Below are positions 30,440 to 39,506 of a stretch of 64,000 nt of DNA, piece after piece; within the stretch, counting starts at the first letter, position 1; every line of letters begins with the position of its first letter. Origin of the DNA: Opitutales bacterium (GTDB lineage Bacteria; Verrucomicrobiota; Verrucomicrobiia; Opitutales; T3Sed10-336); NCBI GenBank assembly GCA_022565335.1, contig JAIUMY010000001.1, positions 87,856 through 151,855 of the forward strand. Reading direction: 5' to 3'. Below the pieces are notes generated by a model. The model was not told the origin of the DNA. It saw only the letters and a list, made by a program, of their open reading frames with translations, and ran no database searches. Made by a program: the position numbers and the translations under genes.

Positions 30440-31830
30440 GGTTTCTCCTTTGTTCTCTCTTCGGATGGAAAAGCTTTTTCCAACATGTAGCGGCGACTGC
30501 CTTTGGCGAATACTGATCCGGAAAATTTATCGACCCGCTCACGCGCCTGCTCCAAAGAGGGGTTGAGACTGATCTTGCCTCCCTCAACCCCAGCTTTAAT
30601 CAACGCTTCCTGCATGGTTGCGGCCTGCTCCCCGAACAATAAAAAGGTGTCCGTGGGCCGCCACTTGCGTTCCTCCAAAACCTCCCGATGCAAAGTCTCC
30701 CGCTCTTCGCCCAGTTCCTCCATGGTTCCGAGCAAAAATAGTCTGGCACTCGGATCGTCATCCGCCAGCACCTCGGTGAAAAAGGCCAGAGAATCCCGTA
30801 GAGAAGCCGGATTCGCATTGTAACAATCAATATACCAGCACCCCCCGGACCGACGCACGACACGACCGCGGTTGCCACGGGGACGCCATTCTTGCAAAAC
30901 CTTGGCCGCCTCAGTGGAAGACAATCCCTCCCGGCGTGCCACCCAAAGGGCCAAGACCAAATTTTCCGTCATTCCCTCGCTCAAGGATGACAAGGCATAG
31001 CACTCTTCTTTCGTTTCTCCCTCCTTCTCTAAAGGATAACGAAGAACAAGTTCCCCTTCTCCATACCACCACTCCGCCTCTGCCTGCACTGTTTCGGGTT
31101 GCCGCCGAAGCGCCCGGACCCGACCAGGATAGTTTTTCACGGCTTCATAGGGAAGACAAGAACTGGTCAGGGTGAGATCGGAAATCCCTCCCCGCTTGCG
31201 CCCCAACGAGGTTTTCTCCCGGGCAATGTTTTCCAAAGAACCCAGCTTCTCCAAATGCACCGGGGCAATGCTCGTTAACAAAACTTCGTCAGGATCGATG
31301 AGCCGGGATAAGAGGACCATTTCTCCCGGACGATTAATCCCCGCTTCAATAACCGCAAACTGATGCTCCGGCTGTAAACCCAGCAGAGTCAACGGCACGC
31401 CCAAAGTGTTGTTGAAGTTTCCTTCGGTCACCTGGGTTGGGGCGATCCGCCGCAATAGAGTGCCCAGAATTTCTTTGGTCGTGGTCTTGCCACAACTGCC
31501 GGTAATCCCAAAAACCTTACCGGTAAAGCAGCGACGGGTTTCGGCCGCCATGGTTTGCAAGGTGCGAATGCTGTTTTCCACTACCAATTGAGGTAAATCC
31601 ACCGGCTGTTCTTTTTCCACTACCGCGGCGACCGCACCTTGCTCTTTGGCCTGCGCCAGAAAATCGTGTCCGTCGACCTGTTCCCCGCGAACCGCAATAA
31701 AGAGCTCTCCCTTCCGCAAAGTGCGGGTATCCAAACTTCCCCCACTCCAGCGCTGTTCGGGGAGACGGGTCCAGCGCCCGTAAACCAAATCAGCCCATTC
31801 TTGATAATCAGGTAGTTTCCCCGGAGTCAT
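30433..31830 (-). CDS. murF: UDP-MurNAc-tripeptide--D-Ala-D-Ala ligase MurF
   Basis: DTRTL, DGHDF, ITGSCGKTTTKE, NFNNTLGVP, DCYNANP and LGTMEELG. Start re-set to ATG 31830. Confidence 0.93.
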   Translation of the reverse strand: MTPGKLPDYQEWADLVYGRWTRLPEQRWSGGSLDTRTLRKGELFIAVRGEQVDGHDFLAQAKEQGAVAAVVEKEQPVDLPQLVVENSIRTLQTMAAETRRCFTGKVFGITGSCGKTTTKEILGTLLRRIAPTQVTEGNFNNTLGVPLTLLGLQPEHQFAVIEAGINRPGEMVLLSRLIDPDEVLLTSIAPVHLEKLGSLENIAREKTSLGRKRGGISDLTLTSSCLPYEAVKNYPGRVRALRRQPETVQAEAEWWYGEGELVLRYPLEKEGETKEECYALSSLSEGMTENLVLALWVARREGLSSTEAAKVLQEWRPRGNRGRVVRRSGGCWYIDCYNANPASLRDSLAFFTEVLADDDPSARLFLLGTMEELGEERETLHREVLEERKWRPTDTFLLFGEQAATMQEALIKAGVEGGKISLNPSLEQARERVDKFSGSVFAKGSRRYMLEKAFPSEERTKEKPC

Positions 31831-33418
31831 GACGTACTCTTTTAATTTGCAAAAGTTCAGCCGCCACCAGGCGGTCATCAAAAGGAAGTACGGTATCCCC
31901 GTACTCCTGGAAGGATTCATGCCCTTTTCCGGCAATCAAAACACAATCTCCTTCCCCGGCCTTATCCAGAGCCAGACTGATCGCCCGGCGGCGATCCTCC
32001 ACGAAGCTGATCGGATCTTCCCCGGATACCGCTTGCGCCATATCTGAAAAAATCTGCCCTAAATCTTCTTTGCGGGGATTGTCGGCCGTTGCCCAGACAT
32101 GATCCGCATAATCCAACGCGGCACGAGTCATTGCCGGACGCTTGCTCCGGTCTCGGTCTCCCCCGCATCCAAAGACCACATACAGATTTCCCTTGGTAAC
32201 TCCCCGTAGCATTTGCAGCGCATTACGGAGGGCGTCATCGGTATGAGCATAATCCACCAGGACCGGAAAATCCTGTCCTGCCACAATCTTTTCCATCCTG
32301 CCCGGGACCCCGGGAAACCTTGCCACCTGGGGCAAAACATGCAACATCTCGCGCCCCCGGGCATACGCAATGGATATGGCCGCCAGTACATTACTGACGT
32401 TATAGCGTCCTACCAGTGGGCTTCGCACCTTGGCACTGCCCTCGGGCCAAATGATTTTCATGGTAGAACCTTCGGGAGACATTTCCACTTCTTCGGCCCG
32501 AATCATGGCTTCCGGATCTTCCCCGAAGGTAATCAAGCGGCTTTTGCCCTCTACTATGTCCTGCAGGACCTTTCCCTTGGGATCATCCAGATTGAGGATA
32601 ACCGTTTCCGGAACCTGCCCGTTATCGCCATTGAATAGACGGCACTTAACCTGAAAGTATTCTTCCAGCGAACCATGGTAATCGAGATGGTCCTGAGTAA
32701 GATTCAAAAAGGTGGCGGTCCGGCTATGTAACCCAAACATCCGTTTTTGGTCTATCCCGTGGGAACTACTTTCCACCACCACGTCGGTACAGCCACTGGC
32801 CTTCATCTGAGCCATCATTCCATACAATTCGATCGCCTCCGGAGTGGTGCGGAAAGAGGGAACGGTGCGTTCCCCCAAATCGTATTCAATCGTCCCCACC
32901 ATCCCCGTTCTTATCCCGGTCTCCTGCAGAAGAAAACGGGCCAAATAGGATACCGTGGTTTTTCCGTTGGTTCCGGTAATCGAATGCACCGCCACATCCT
33001 CGTCCGGACGTTGGAAAAACTTTCGCGCCACTTGGGCCATCGCCAATCGCGCATCCTCAACTTGGAAAAAGGCCACCTTCGGGTTCGGCCTTTGGGGCGT
33101 TTCCGCAACGATCGCAACAGCTCCACGATCAATGGCCTCCTCAATATAAAAACATCCGTCGGTCCGAATTCCCGGAAGGGCAAAAAAGATCGCTCCCGGA
33201 GTCACCCGACGGCTGTCCAGACATAGATCAGTGACTGTTCCATCGGACAACCCATGACGTTTCAAGACCGGCAAGTCACCAAGGACGGAACTGATTTTAG
33301 GCTTCTTTTTTACCACTGGAGAACCCCCGCCGCCTTCCCGGGGACAGGAGAAAGAACGACGTGGTTCGAAGCCATAACTTAGAAAACCTGCTACGTTGGC
33401 ATACCCGAGACCGATCAT
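31808..33418 (-). CDS. murE: UDP-MurNAc-dipeptide--meso-DAP ligase MurE
   Basis: TGTNGKTT, TTPE, ESSSHG, DHLDYH, VDYAHT, FGCGGDRD, DNPR (meso-DAP-type motif) and AGKGHE. ATGA overlap with the ftsI stop. Confidence 0.96.
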   Translation of the reverse strand: MIGLGYANVAGFLSYGFEPRRSFSCPREGGGGSPVVKKKPKISSVLGDLPVLKRHGLSDGTVTDLCLDSRRVTPGAIFFALPGIRTDGCFYIEEAIDRGAVAIVAETPQRPNPKVAFFQVEDARLAMAQVARKFFQRPDEDVAVHSITGTNGKTTVSYLARFLLQETGIRTGMVGTIEYDLGERTVPSFRTTPEAIELYGMMAQMKASGCTDVVVESSSHGIDQKRMFGLHSRTATFLNLTQDHLDYHGSLEEYFQVKCRLFNGDNGQVPETVILNLDDPKGKVLQDIVEGKSRLITFGEDPEAMIRAEEVEMSPEGSTMKIIWPEGSAKVRSPLVGRYNVSNVLAAISIAYARGREMLHVLPQVARFPGVPGRMEKIVAGQDFPVLVDYAHTDDALRNALQMLRGVTKGNLYVVFGCGGDRDRSKRPAMTRAALDYADHVWATADNPRKEDLGQIFSDMAQAVSGEDPISFVEDRRRAISLALDKAGEGDCVLIAGKGHESFQEYGDTVLPFDDRLVAAELLQIKRVRHDSGETT

Positions 33419-35202
33419 CGTGCCCCTCCTTCCCAGCGTGCAAAAAGATTTTCTTCACTTTGTTGAGTATGAATGCCCATATAGGAAATTAATTGTTCTG
33501 CTAGATTTCTGAAACTTGGGGCGGCCACCACACCGCCGTAAGAGGATCCGTTGTAGCGGGGATTATCGACGATTATCGTGATGACCACTCTTGGCTGAGT
33601 AGCCGGAAAAAACCCCGAAAAAGAAGCCATGTGATGGCGGTTTGAATACCGCCCATCGATAATTTTCCGGGTGGTCCCGGTCTTGCCCGCAACCTCGTAG
33701 CCGGGAATGTCAGCCCGCCGGGCGGTGCCTTCATCGCTGGCGGCCCGCTCCAACATAATGGCCATGGTGCGCGCGGTTTCCGGGGAAATAACCTGCCCCA
33801 TTGAAACCGGATCGTAGGAAAAAACCGTCTCCCCCTCCCGATCCAACACCCGTCGGGCGATCAGCGGTTTCATCCGCACCCCATCGTTGGCAATGGTTGC
33901 GGTGGCTTGGTGAATTTGCAAAGGTGTGGCATTGAGCGCGTGGCCAATCGGCAAACGGGTTATGGTCAAACCGTCCCAGCGGTTGACCGGATGAAGAGTT
34001 CCCCGAACCTCACCAACAAAAGGAAAGTCTGTTCTCTCCCCAAAGCCGAAACGCTCCGCATACTCATGCAAACGATGAGCCCCCAGCTCCGCCGCTAAAT
34101 GAACCGCTCCCACATTACTGGAACGGGCCACAATTCCCGCTACCGTCAATTCTCCGTTGCGGCTGACATCGCGCGGCAGCCGCGCCCGGTAATCTCCGAA
34201 ATTCATATGGGTTATCGAGCAATCGAAGACCGTATCCGGTTGCACCAGGTTCTCCTCCAGGGCCGCCGCCGCCGGAACAATTTTAAAAGTGGATCCGGGT
34301 TCCAGAACATCGGTAATGGCACGGTTTCTCAGGTGATCGGAGGGTACCCGGTTGAACTCATTGAGATTGAAGGTGGGGTAGTTGCCCAAACCCAGTATTT
34401 CCCCCGTCCGGGGATCACTGACAATGATGGAAATTCCCTCCGGATTAAAAGCCTCAGCAACCGCCTCAAGCTCCTTTTCCACCATGTGTTGCACCACCGC
34501 ATCAATCGACAATTCCACGTGAAACCCGTCCTTGGACGGCACTTCACGGGAACGGAATTGCACCAATTCACGCCGCCGTCCATCCCGTTCGCTAACCCGC
34601 CAACCACTTTGCCCCCGCAAATAGAAATCAAAATAATGCTCCGCCCCCATCACCGCCGTGCCCTCACGGTTTACGAAACCGATTAAATGGGAGGCTAGTT
34701 GATCTGACGGGTAGTGCCGACGGTAATAGCGATTGCCATAGACTCCCTTGATCCCGAGAGACCGGATTTCCTCATACTTTTCCTCATCGACCCCATCATG
34801 CAGCTTGATCCACCGAACCAAGCGGATTTCCTCCGGGAAGGATCCTGACACCACCCGGTGACGCTGCTCCAGCCGGCGCACCAATTCCGGATAGGGAATC
34901 CCCAGGAGTGTGGCCAATGCCGGCCATTGCTCCCGGTCCTCCTCCCGCAGGATTTGCGGATCGGCCCCCACTTGCCGGTACGAACGGTTGACCGCCAGGA
35001 AATTTCCCCGGCGATCAAGAATGTTGCCCCGACGGGCCTCCAGAACCTCCACTTGACGGCGGTTTTCCAAGGCGATTTGGGCCAATTCAGCAGCCTGCAC
35101 CACATGAAGATAATACAAGCGGCCCCCGATGACCGAGAAACAAAGCAAAATGGTCAATACCAGGAGCGCATACCTATAACCTGATACAAAAGTGGGGTTC
35201 AT
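33415..35202 (-). CDS. ftsI: Division transpeptidase PBP3/FtsI
   Basis: N-terminal TM, RRGNILDR, SxxK in EPGSTFK, SxN in SSN and KTG in AGKTGT. Confidence 0.94.
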   Translation of the reverse strand: MNPTFVSGYRYALLVLTILLCFSVIGGRLYYLHVVQAAELAQIALENRRQVEVLEARRGNILDRRGNFLAVNRSYRQVGADPQILREEDREQWPALATLLGIPYPELVRRLEQRHRVVSGSFPEEIRLVRWIKLHDGVDEEKYEEIRSLGIKGVYGNRYYRRHYPSDQLASHLIGFVNREGTAVMGAEHYFDFYLRGQSGWRVSERDGRRRELVQFRSREVPSKDGFHVELSIDAVVQHMVEKELEAVAEAFNPEGISIIVSDPRTGEILGLGNYPTFNLNEFNRVPSDHLRNRAITDVLEPGSTFKIVPAAAALEENLVQPDTVFDCSITHMNFGDYRARLPRDVSRNGELTVAGIVARSSNVGAVHLAAELGAHRLHEYAERFGFGERTDFPFVGEVRGTLHPVNRWDGLTITRLPIGHALNATPLQIHQATATIANDGVRMKPLIARRVLDREGETVFSYDPVSMGQVISPETARTMAIMLERAASDEGTARRADIPGYEVAGKTGTTRKIIDGRYSNRHHMASFSGFFPATQPRVVITIIVDNPRYNGSSYGGVVAAPSFRNLAEQLISYMGIHTQQSEENLFARWEGGAR

Positions 35203-35612
35203 GGTCGAGTCTCCAACCCTCCTTCAGCCAATGCGAGGTCTTCCGGCCCGGTCATTTCCCGGGCAAACAGCCGCTGTCCATTAGCTACCGCCAAACGACG
35301 TTCGGTGTTCAGACGAACAATTTGATTGTCGGCAGGAGGTTGGAGATCCAATCCCGCCAACTCCATTTTATGCAACAACGCCCCGGGCGTCTTGGCATTG
35401 GCCAATTCCGAATCCACTCTGCCGATGGCCCGGTCCAATTGGGCCAACTGATTCTCCAAAGCCCGGATATTGCCCGCACTCTCGGCAATGTTCTGTCGGA
35501 TATTCACGGTCCATAAACCCATCGCCCCGAGACTCACCAGGAGTATTAAAATACCGAAAATCAGGGTGTTCAAAAAGCGAAGGGAGATTTGGTTTTGGCG
35601 ATGCTTTTTCAT
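35199..35612 (-). CDS. ftsL: FtsL-like bitopic coiled-coil division protein
   Basis: Single TM followed by a leucine-periodic coiled coil; canonical position between rsmH and ftsI with ATGA overlaps on both sides. Confidence 0.7.
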   Translation of the reverse strand: MKKHRQNQISLRFLNTLIFGILILLVSLGAMGLWTVNIRQNIAESAGNIRALENQLAQLDRAIGRVDSELANAKTPGALLHKMELAGLDLQPPADNQIVRLNTERRLAVANGQRLFAREMTGPEDLALAEGGLETRP

Positions 35613-36538
35613 GGTGTTGTTTTTCGGATGGCCCGTAAAATTGCCGAACGGCTGCGGGGATTGGTTTTGGTTTCCTCCACCGAGGGGCGGACAGGTTTTC
35701 GGGTGAGAGTCTCCGCCAGAACGTCACGGTCCTGTTGCGGACGGCTGTCCCCGCGATGCTCCGGCTGACCGCAGAATCGTTTGAATTGACGTTTGACAAT
35801 GCGGTCCTCCAAAGAGTGAAAGCTGATCACGACCAAACGCCCGCCCTCCTTTAGCTTCGCAAAAGCCTTCGGCAGAGCTTCGGTGATCTCCTCCAATTCA
35901 CGGTTTACCGCGATCCGAAGACCCTGGAAAATTTTGGTCGCCGGATGAATACGGCGCGGGCCGTGGGGACGAGGAAGAACTTCTTCCGCCAATGCCGCCA
36001 AGGCAAGGGTGGTCTTCGGGCGGTCCTCCGGACGCATCGCCAGAATGGTCTGCGCCAAACGGCGCCAGTGGCGTTCTTCTCCATATTCCCGAAAGGCCTT
36101 TTGCAAATCTGCCTGGTCAGCACGCGCCAACCACTCGGCCGCCGAATATCCTTCTTCGGGGTTCATCCGCATATCCAAAGGCGCCTCTTTGCGAAAGGAA
36201 AATCCCCGGGCCTCCTCGTCCAATTGAAAAGAACTTACCCCGAGGTCAAACAGGATCCCGTCGAATTTTCCGGACAACTCATCGAGCTGCGAAAAAGGCA
36301 TCGCATGAAAACGTAACCGGTCGCCCGGGAAATCTTGCTCCAAGACCTTCACCCGTTTCCCCGCCGCAGGATCCCGGTCCAAAGCTTCAACACTGACCTC
36401 CGGGCAGGCCTCCAAAAGCAAACGGGTATGCCCACCGCCACCAAACGTCGCATCAAGATACCGCCCTCCCTGATGAACCTCCAATAGGGACCGACACTCC
36501 TCCGCCAAAACGGGAATATGTCCGTCCCGACCAATCAT
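35609..36538 (-). CDS. rsmH: 16S rRNA m4C1402 methyltransferase RsmH (MraW)
   Basis: HIPVL, DATFGGGGH, DLGVSSFQLD, RGFSF, LDMRM, HPATKIFQGLRIAVN, ISFHSLEDR and NPRSRSA. Start re-set to ATG 36538. Confidence 0.96.
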   Translation of the reverse strand: MIGRDGHIPVLAEECRSLLEVHQGGRYLDATFGGGGHTRLLLEACPEVSVEALDRDPAAGKRVKVLEQDFPGDRLRFHAMPFSQLDELSGKFDGILFDLGVSSFQLDEEARGFSFRKEAPLDMRMNPEEGYSAAEWLARADQADLQKAFREYGEERHWRRLAQTILAMRPEDRPKTTLALAALAEEVLPRPHGPRRIHPATKIFQGLRIAVNRELEEITEALPKAFAKLKEGGRLVVISFHSLEDRIVKRQFKRFCGQPEHRGDSRPQQDRDVLAETLTRKPVRPSVEETKTNPRSRSAILRAIRKTTP

Positions 36539-36665
36539 GGCAGAGCCCTTCGCCGTAGGCCGCTTTCGGGGCAATCCCGCAAGGAATCCCTGTGAACCAG
36601 CCAAAAATAAACTGCTGAACCCGACCACCATAGCTGTTTTCGCTGAAGCATTTCCATGAAACAAA

Positions 36666-36866
36666 CTATTGGCCGAAAATGGTGCGCCAGGACAATCGAC
36701 GCTTCCGGTCATAATGGGAGAAGCGGTCCCGCCCCAGCGGCCAAAGGGCCGAACGGTAGGCCAGAATACGGCCCTTTTTAACTTCGCCGAAGTCCCAGGT
36801 GGTGCAGTGACGAACACGACCTGTTTTGAGAACACCGGATTGCGCAAGAGATTGGATTTTTTTCAT
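36666..36866 (-). CDS. Candidate 66-aa basic small protein between mraZ and rsmH
   Basis: ATG 44 nt after the mraZ stop, preceded by an AT-rich tract. It fills an otherwise empty gap of about 370 nt in the operon. The sequence is Trp/Arg-rich (TWDFGE...LWPL...YDRKRRLSWRT). Confidence 0.55.
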   Translation of the reverse strand: MKKIQSLAQSGVLKTGRVRHCTTWDFGEVKKGRILAYRSALWPLGRDRFSHYDRKRRLSWRTIFGQ

Positions 36867-36909
36867 GATTTAAAATAAGGTAAGGTTGTGGTTTGAGGAT
36901 TGGTGAAAG

Positions 36910-37362
36910 TTAAAATCCGATTTTCCGCATCAGCTCACTGAGGTTGGTTTTTTCGCCGGCCTGATTTTGTTTTTCCCATTTCTCCGGCAGCCAAATGCCG
37001 AACTTCGTCATGGTGCCCACCAACATCGCTTCTTTCTTGATTTCGGCGTGCTGCACCAACTGGTCGGTCAAACTGATACGGCCCTGTTTGTCGCAGCCCA
37101 TGGCGCTGGAAACGGCAAAAATTTGATTCAACAACGCTTGCCCCTCGTCATCGCCCATCTGCACCCCCATGACCTGCTGCTGCAATCGCTCCACCTCCGC
37201 CGGAGGCAAAACCATGATGTAGCCGTTGGGATGCGGTATAGCGAGATAGACATCCTCCTGGTCGCCCGCAAAACGCCATTTGGACGGGACCGTAAGACGG
37301 TTCTTCGCGTCCAAATTGTGCCGGAAGGATCCGACATACATGGTTTTGGCTGGGCTAGTCAT
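36910..37362 (-). CDS. mraZ: dcw transcriptional regulator MraZ
   Basis: LDAKNRLTVP and DKQGRISL (two DxxxR AbrB-like repeats); first gene of the dcw cluster. Confidence 0.95.
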   Translation of the reverse strand: MTSPAKTMYVGSFRHNLDAKNRLTVPSKWRFAGDQEDVYLAIPHPNGYIMVLPPAEVERLQQQVMGVQMGDDEGQALLNQIFAVSSAMGCDKQGRISLTDQLVQHAEIKKEAMLVGTMTKFGIWLPEKWEKQNQAGEKTNLSELMRKIGF

Positions 37363-37382
37363 GACATTTTGGGGGATTTTCT

Positions 37383-37425
37383 CCCATTACGCCCCACTTT
37401 GACCCACTTTGCCCCAAATCGTCAA
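37383..37425 (-). promoter_or_regulatory. MraZ-binding direct repeats (four TGGG boxes at exact 10-bp period) with adjacent TTGACG -35-like hexamer
   Basis: The plus strand has CCCA at 37383, 37393, 37403 and 37413, reading on the minus strand TTTGGGGC-AAAGTGGGTC-AAAGTGGGGC-GTAATGGGAG. CGTCAA lies at 37420-37425. This matches the known TGGG repeat operators of MraZ. Confidence 0.85.
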
Positions 37426-37660
37426 CAAAAATCTTTTTTACTCGTTCTCCCGGGTCCGAATCACCGCACCAAGGCTCAGAGGGGACACCGTCGAGCAAGA
37501 CACGCCTTCGCCCTCCCGACGAGGATGTGTTTTGGCGAGGGTGAGGGTTTCTCCGAGCTCGATTGGTCGAATCAAGGTTCGGCTTCTTAGCGAACATTCA
37601 TCGACCAGGCCGGTACGTCTGGGAATACCGAATAGGTCACCGCGCGAAAGCTCAGCAGGC

Positions 37661-38515
37661 TTACCGAGCCAAATCAGCCAAGGCCTCGGTCAGGCGATCC
37701 TGCAAAATTTCAACCAGACGGGGGTTCTCCCCCAGAAGCGGGGTCATTTCAACGACCCGGTTGGGATGCCGTTGCTGGCTATTTTCGATAATCTCCGCCA
37801 CATCGCCCCCTTCTCCAGCATGCCGACCCGGCAAAAGAAAAAGCATACTCACAAGTATCCGTCCACCCGTCCAGTCGGGTTGGTCCAAAAGGTCTTCCAG
37901 CAAAGGGTCACTGAAGGCGTATTCGTCGCCCTCCCGGCGCTCCATGGAGGCCGGAGAAACCTTCTCGACCCTCTCCCCCAACCTTGCCGCCAGTTCCAGC
38001 GCCAAACGATTGCGTACGTCCGTAACCTTTGGTTCGGGACTTCCATGATCAACCAAAGCCACTTTGGGGCGGCGCCCCGTTCCCTGGAGAAAGGGGGGAA
38101 CCAACTCCGCCAACATTTCCGCCAAGCGGGAATCCCCTTCACGATATAAAGGAGAAGCAATCGATAAATCCAAACCGGGGAAGCGTTCCCTCCATTCAGC
38201 TCGCTTGGTTGGCAAATACTCGGTAAGAGCCCGACTGGGTCCAATAAACAACGGTAAAACAAGAAACCGCCGCCGCCCTTCTTCATGGTAAAGCCGTTTA
38301 ATCCGCTGATAAACAATTTCTGCTTTTTCCCCTCCCAAATCCTCCGCCGGCACGCGACTACTGTGAAGGAGGGATGCGGGTTCCAGCGAAACGCCAAAGT
38401 TCTTTTGCGCCCAGGGAGCCAGTTTCCCGGCAATTTTGCGCAGGGCCAAGGTTGAAGTTGGCCGGAGAGAGCCATTATCCATTAAAAAAACGGTGGTTTG
38501 GGAGAAATCTGCCAT
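37661..38515 (-). CDS. CbiX/SirB-like chelatase-family protein (two-domain)
   Basis: DNGSLRP, SLLHSS, PLFIGPS, VDHGSP, SMERREG and FLLPGRHAG patterns; the metal substrate cannot be assigned. Confidence 0.75.
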   Translation of the reverse strand: MADFSQTTVFLMDNGSLRPTSTLALRKIAGKLAPWAQKNFGVSLEPASLLHSSRVPAEDLGGEKAEIVYQRIKRLYHEEGRRRFLVLPLFIGPSRALTEYLPTKRAEWRERFPGLDLSIASPLYREGDSRLAEMLAELVPPFLQGTGRRPKVALVDHGSPEPKVTDVRNRLALELAARLGERVEKVSPASMERREGDEYAFSDPLLEDLLDQPDWTGGRILVSMLFLLPGRHAGEGGDVAEIIENSQQRHPNRVVEMTPLLGENPRLVEILQDRLTEALADLAR

Positions 38516-38591
38516 AGGAAGCTAAAATAAAAGCCCAAAGTGGAAAAACTCTTGCTCCCCGTCAAATTCTGCGAATAAATAAAAGTCTATT

Positions 38592-39167
38592 ATGAATTAT
38601 CGTCGCCTGCTTCAACTCCCCCTTTTACTCATTCTTTCCTTGGCGCTGTTTACCGGTTGCGCCCGCCAACAAGGCCAGGACGATACCCGCCTTACGGTAG
38701 GTCCCGGCACTGGCGGTCTGGCGTTTGAGGAAGAGCACATGGGTGATTTTGGCGATGGCATGTTTGGCGATCCGGACTCTGGTTTGCAAGCCCGGGACCG
38801 CAGCGCCCTGTTTGCCGAAGGTGACCAAGTCCGTGGACTCCTCGAACCGGTTCTCTTTGAATTCGACCGTTCCGCGATCACTCCCGAACAACGGGAGAAC
38901 GCCATGGCTGCGATAGAGTACATGGAAGCCAATCCCGAAATAGGGATAATTATTGAAGGCCATTGCGACTGGCGCGGTACCACTGAATACAATATGGGCC
39001 TCGGGGACCGACGCGCTACCAGTGTTTACAATTTTATGGTCGACCAGGGCATCTCCCCCGATCGTCTGGAGGTTCTCTCCCGCGGCGACCTCGAAGCCAC
39101 CATCGGTGGTACCGAACAACAAATGGCCTTTGACCGCCGTGCCGAATTCGTCGTCGTCCGCCGCTAA
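38592..39167 (+). CDS. pal: Peptidoglycan-associated OmpA-family lipoprotein (Pal-like)
   Basis: Lipobox LFTGC; FEFDRS, IEGHCDWRGTTEYNMGLGDRRA and DRRAEF. Confidence 0.9.
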   Translation: MNYRRLLQLPLLLILSLALFTGCARQQGQDDTRLTVGPGTGGLAFEEEHMGDFGDGMFGDPDSGLQARDRSALFAEGDQVRGLLEPVLFEFDRSAITPEQRENAMAAIEYMEANPEIGIIIEGHCDWRGTTEYNMGLGDRRATSVYNFMVDQGISPDRLEVLSRGDLEATIGGTEQQMAFDRRAEFVVVRR

Positions 39168-39428
39168 ATCAAATGGCTCAAGGTGCCAGGCTCATCGGCC
39201 GTCGGCAAAAAATCTTTGTTCATGAGGCAACAGGATTATCTTCACGCCATACCTCCGCATTACTGTCCTTCTTTTCTTTCGCCCAAGAAAAGAGAAATTA
39301 AAACCTTGCCCCCGAAGACTCCAAGAATCTATAAATTTCTCTTCCACCGGGAGTTTTCCCCAGAGGAGGATCTCACCGAAAATCTCTTTTCACACCGAAT
39401 GATCCTACTCTGAAAAAAAACCTCGCGA

Positions 39429-39504
39429 GGGCCTGTAGCTCAATGGTTAGAGCAGAGGACTCATAATCCTTTGGTTGGGGGTTCGAATCCCCCCGGGCCC
39501 ACCA
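39429..39504 (+). tRNA. tRNA with CAT anticodon, most likely tRNA-Ile2 (lysidine-modified)
   Basis: 76 nt from GGGCCTG to CGGGCCC-ACCA, with D arm AGCTCAATGGTTAGAGC, anticodon loop CTCATAA and T loop GTTCGAAT. The C4-G69 and C5-G68 pairs are TilS determinants. CCA is encoded. Confidence 0.92.
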
Positions 39505-39506
39505 TT

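Noticed and set aside
36539-36847. N-terminal extension of RsmH given by the ORF track (also similar extensions of MurF, GH30, ArsC, ClpS and the site-2 protease)
   Set aside because: Family similarity starts only at downstream ATGs, and the extensions overlap neighbouring genes or ORFs.
39421-39430. Perfect palindrome CCTCGCGAGG at the tRNA 5' end, and the tRNA as an integration site
   Set aside because: A 10-bp GC-rich palindrome is expected by chance; no duplicated tRNA 3' end or integrase is in the window.
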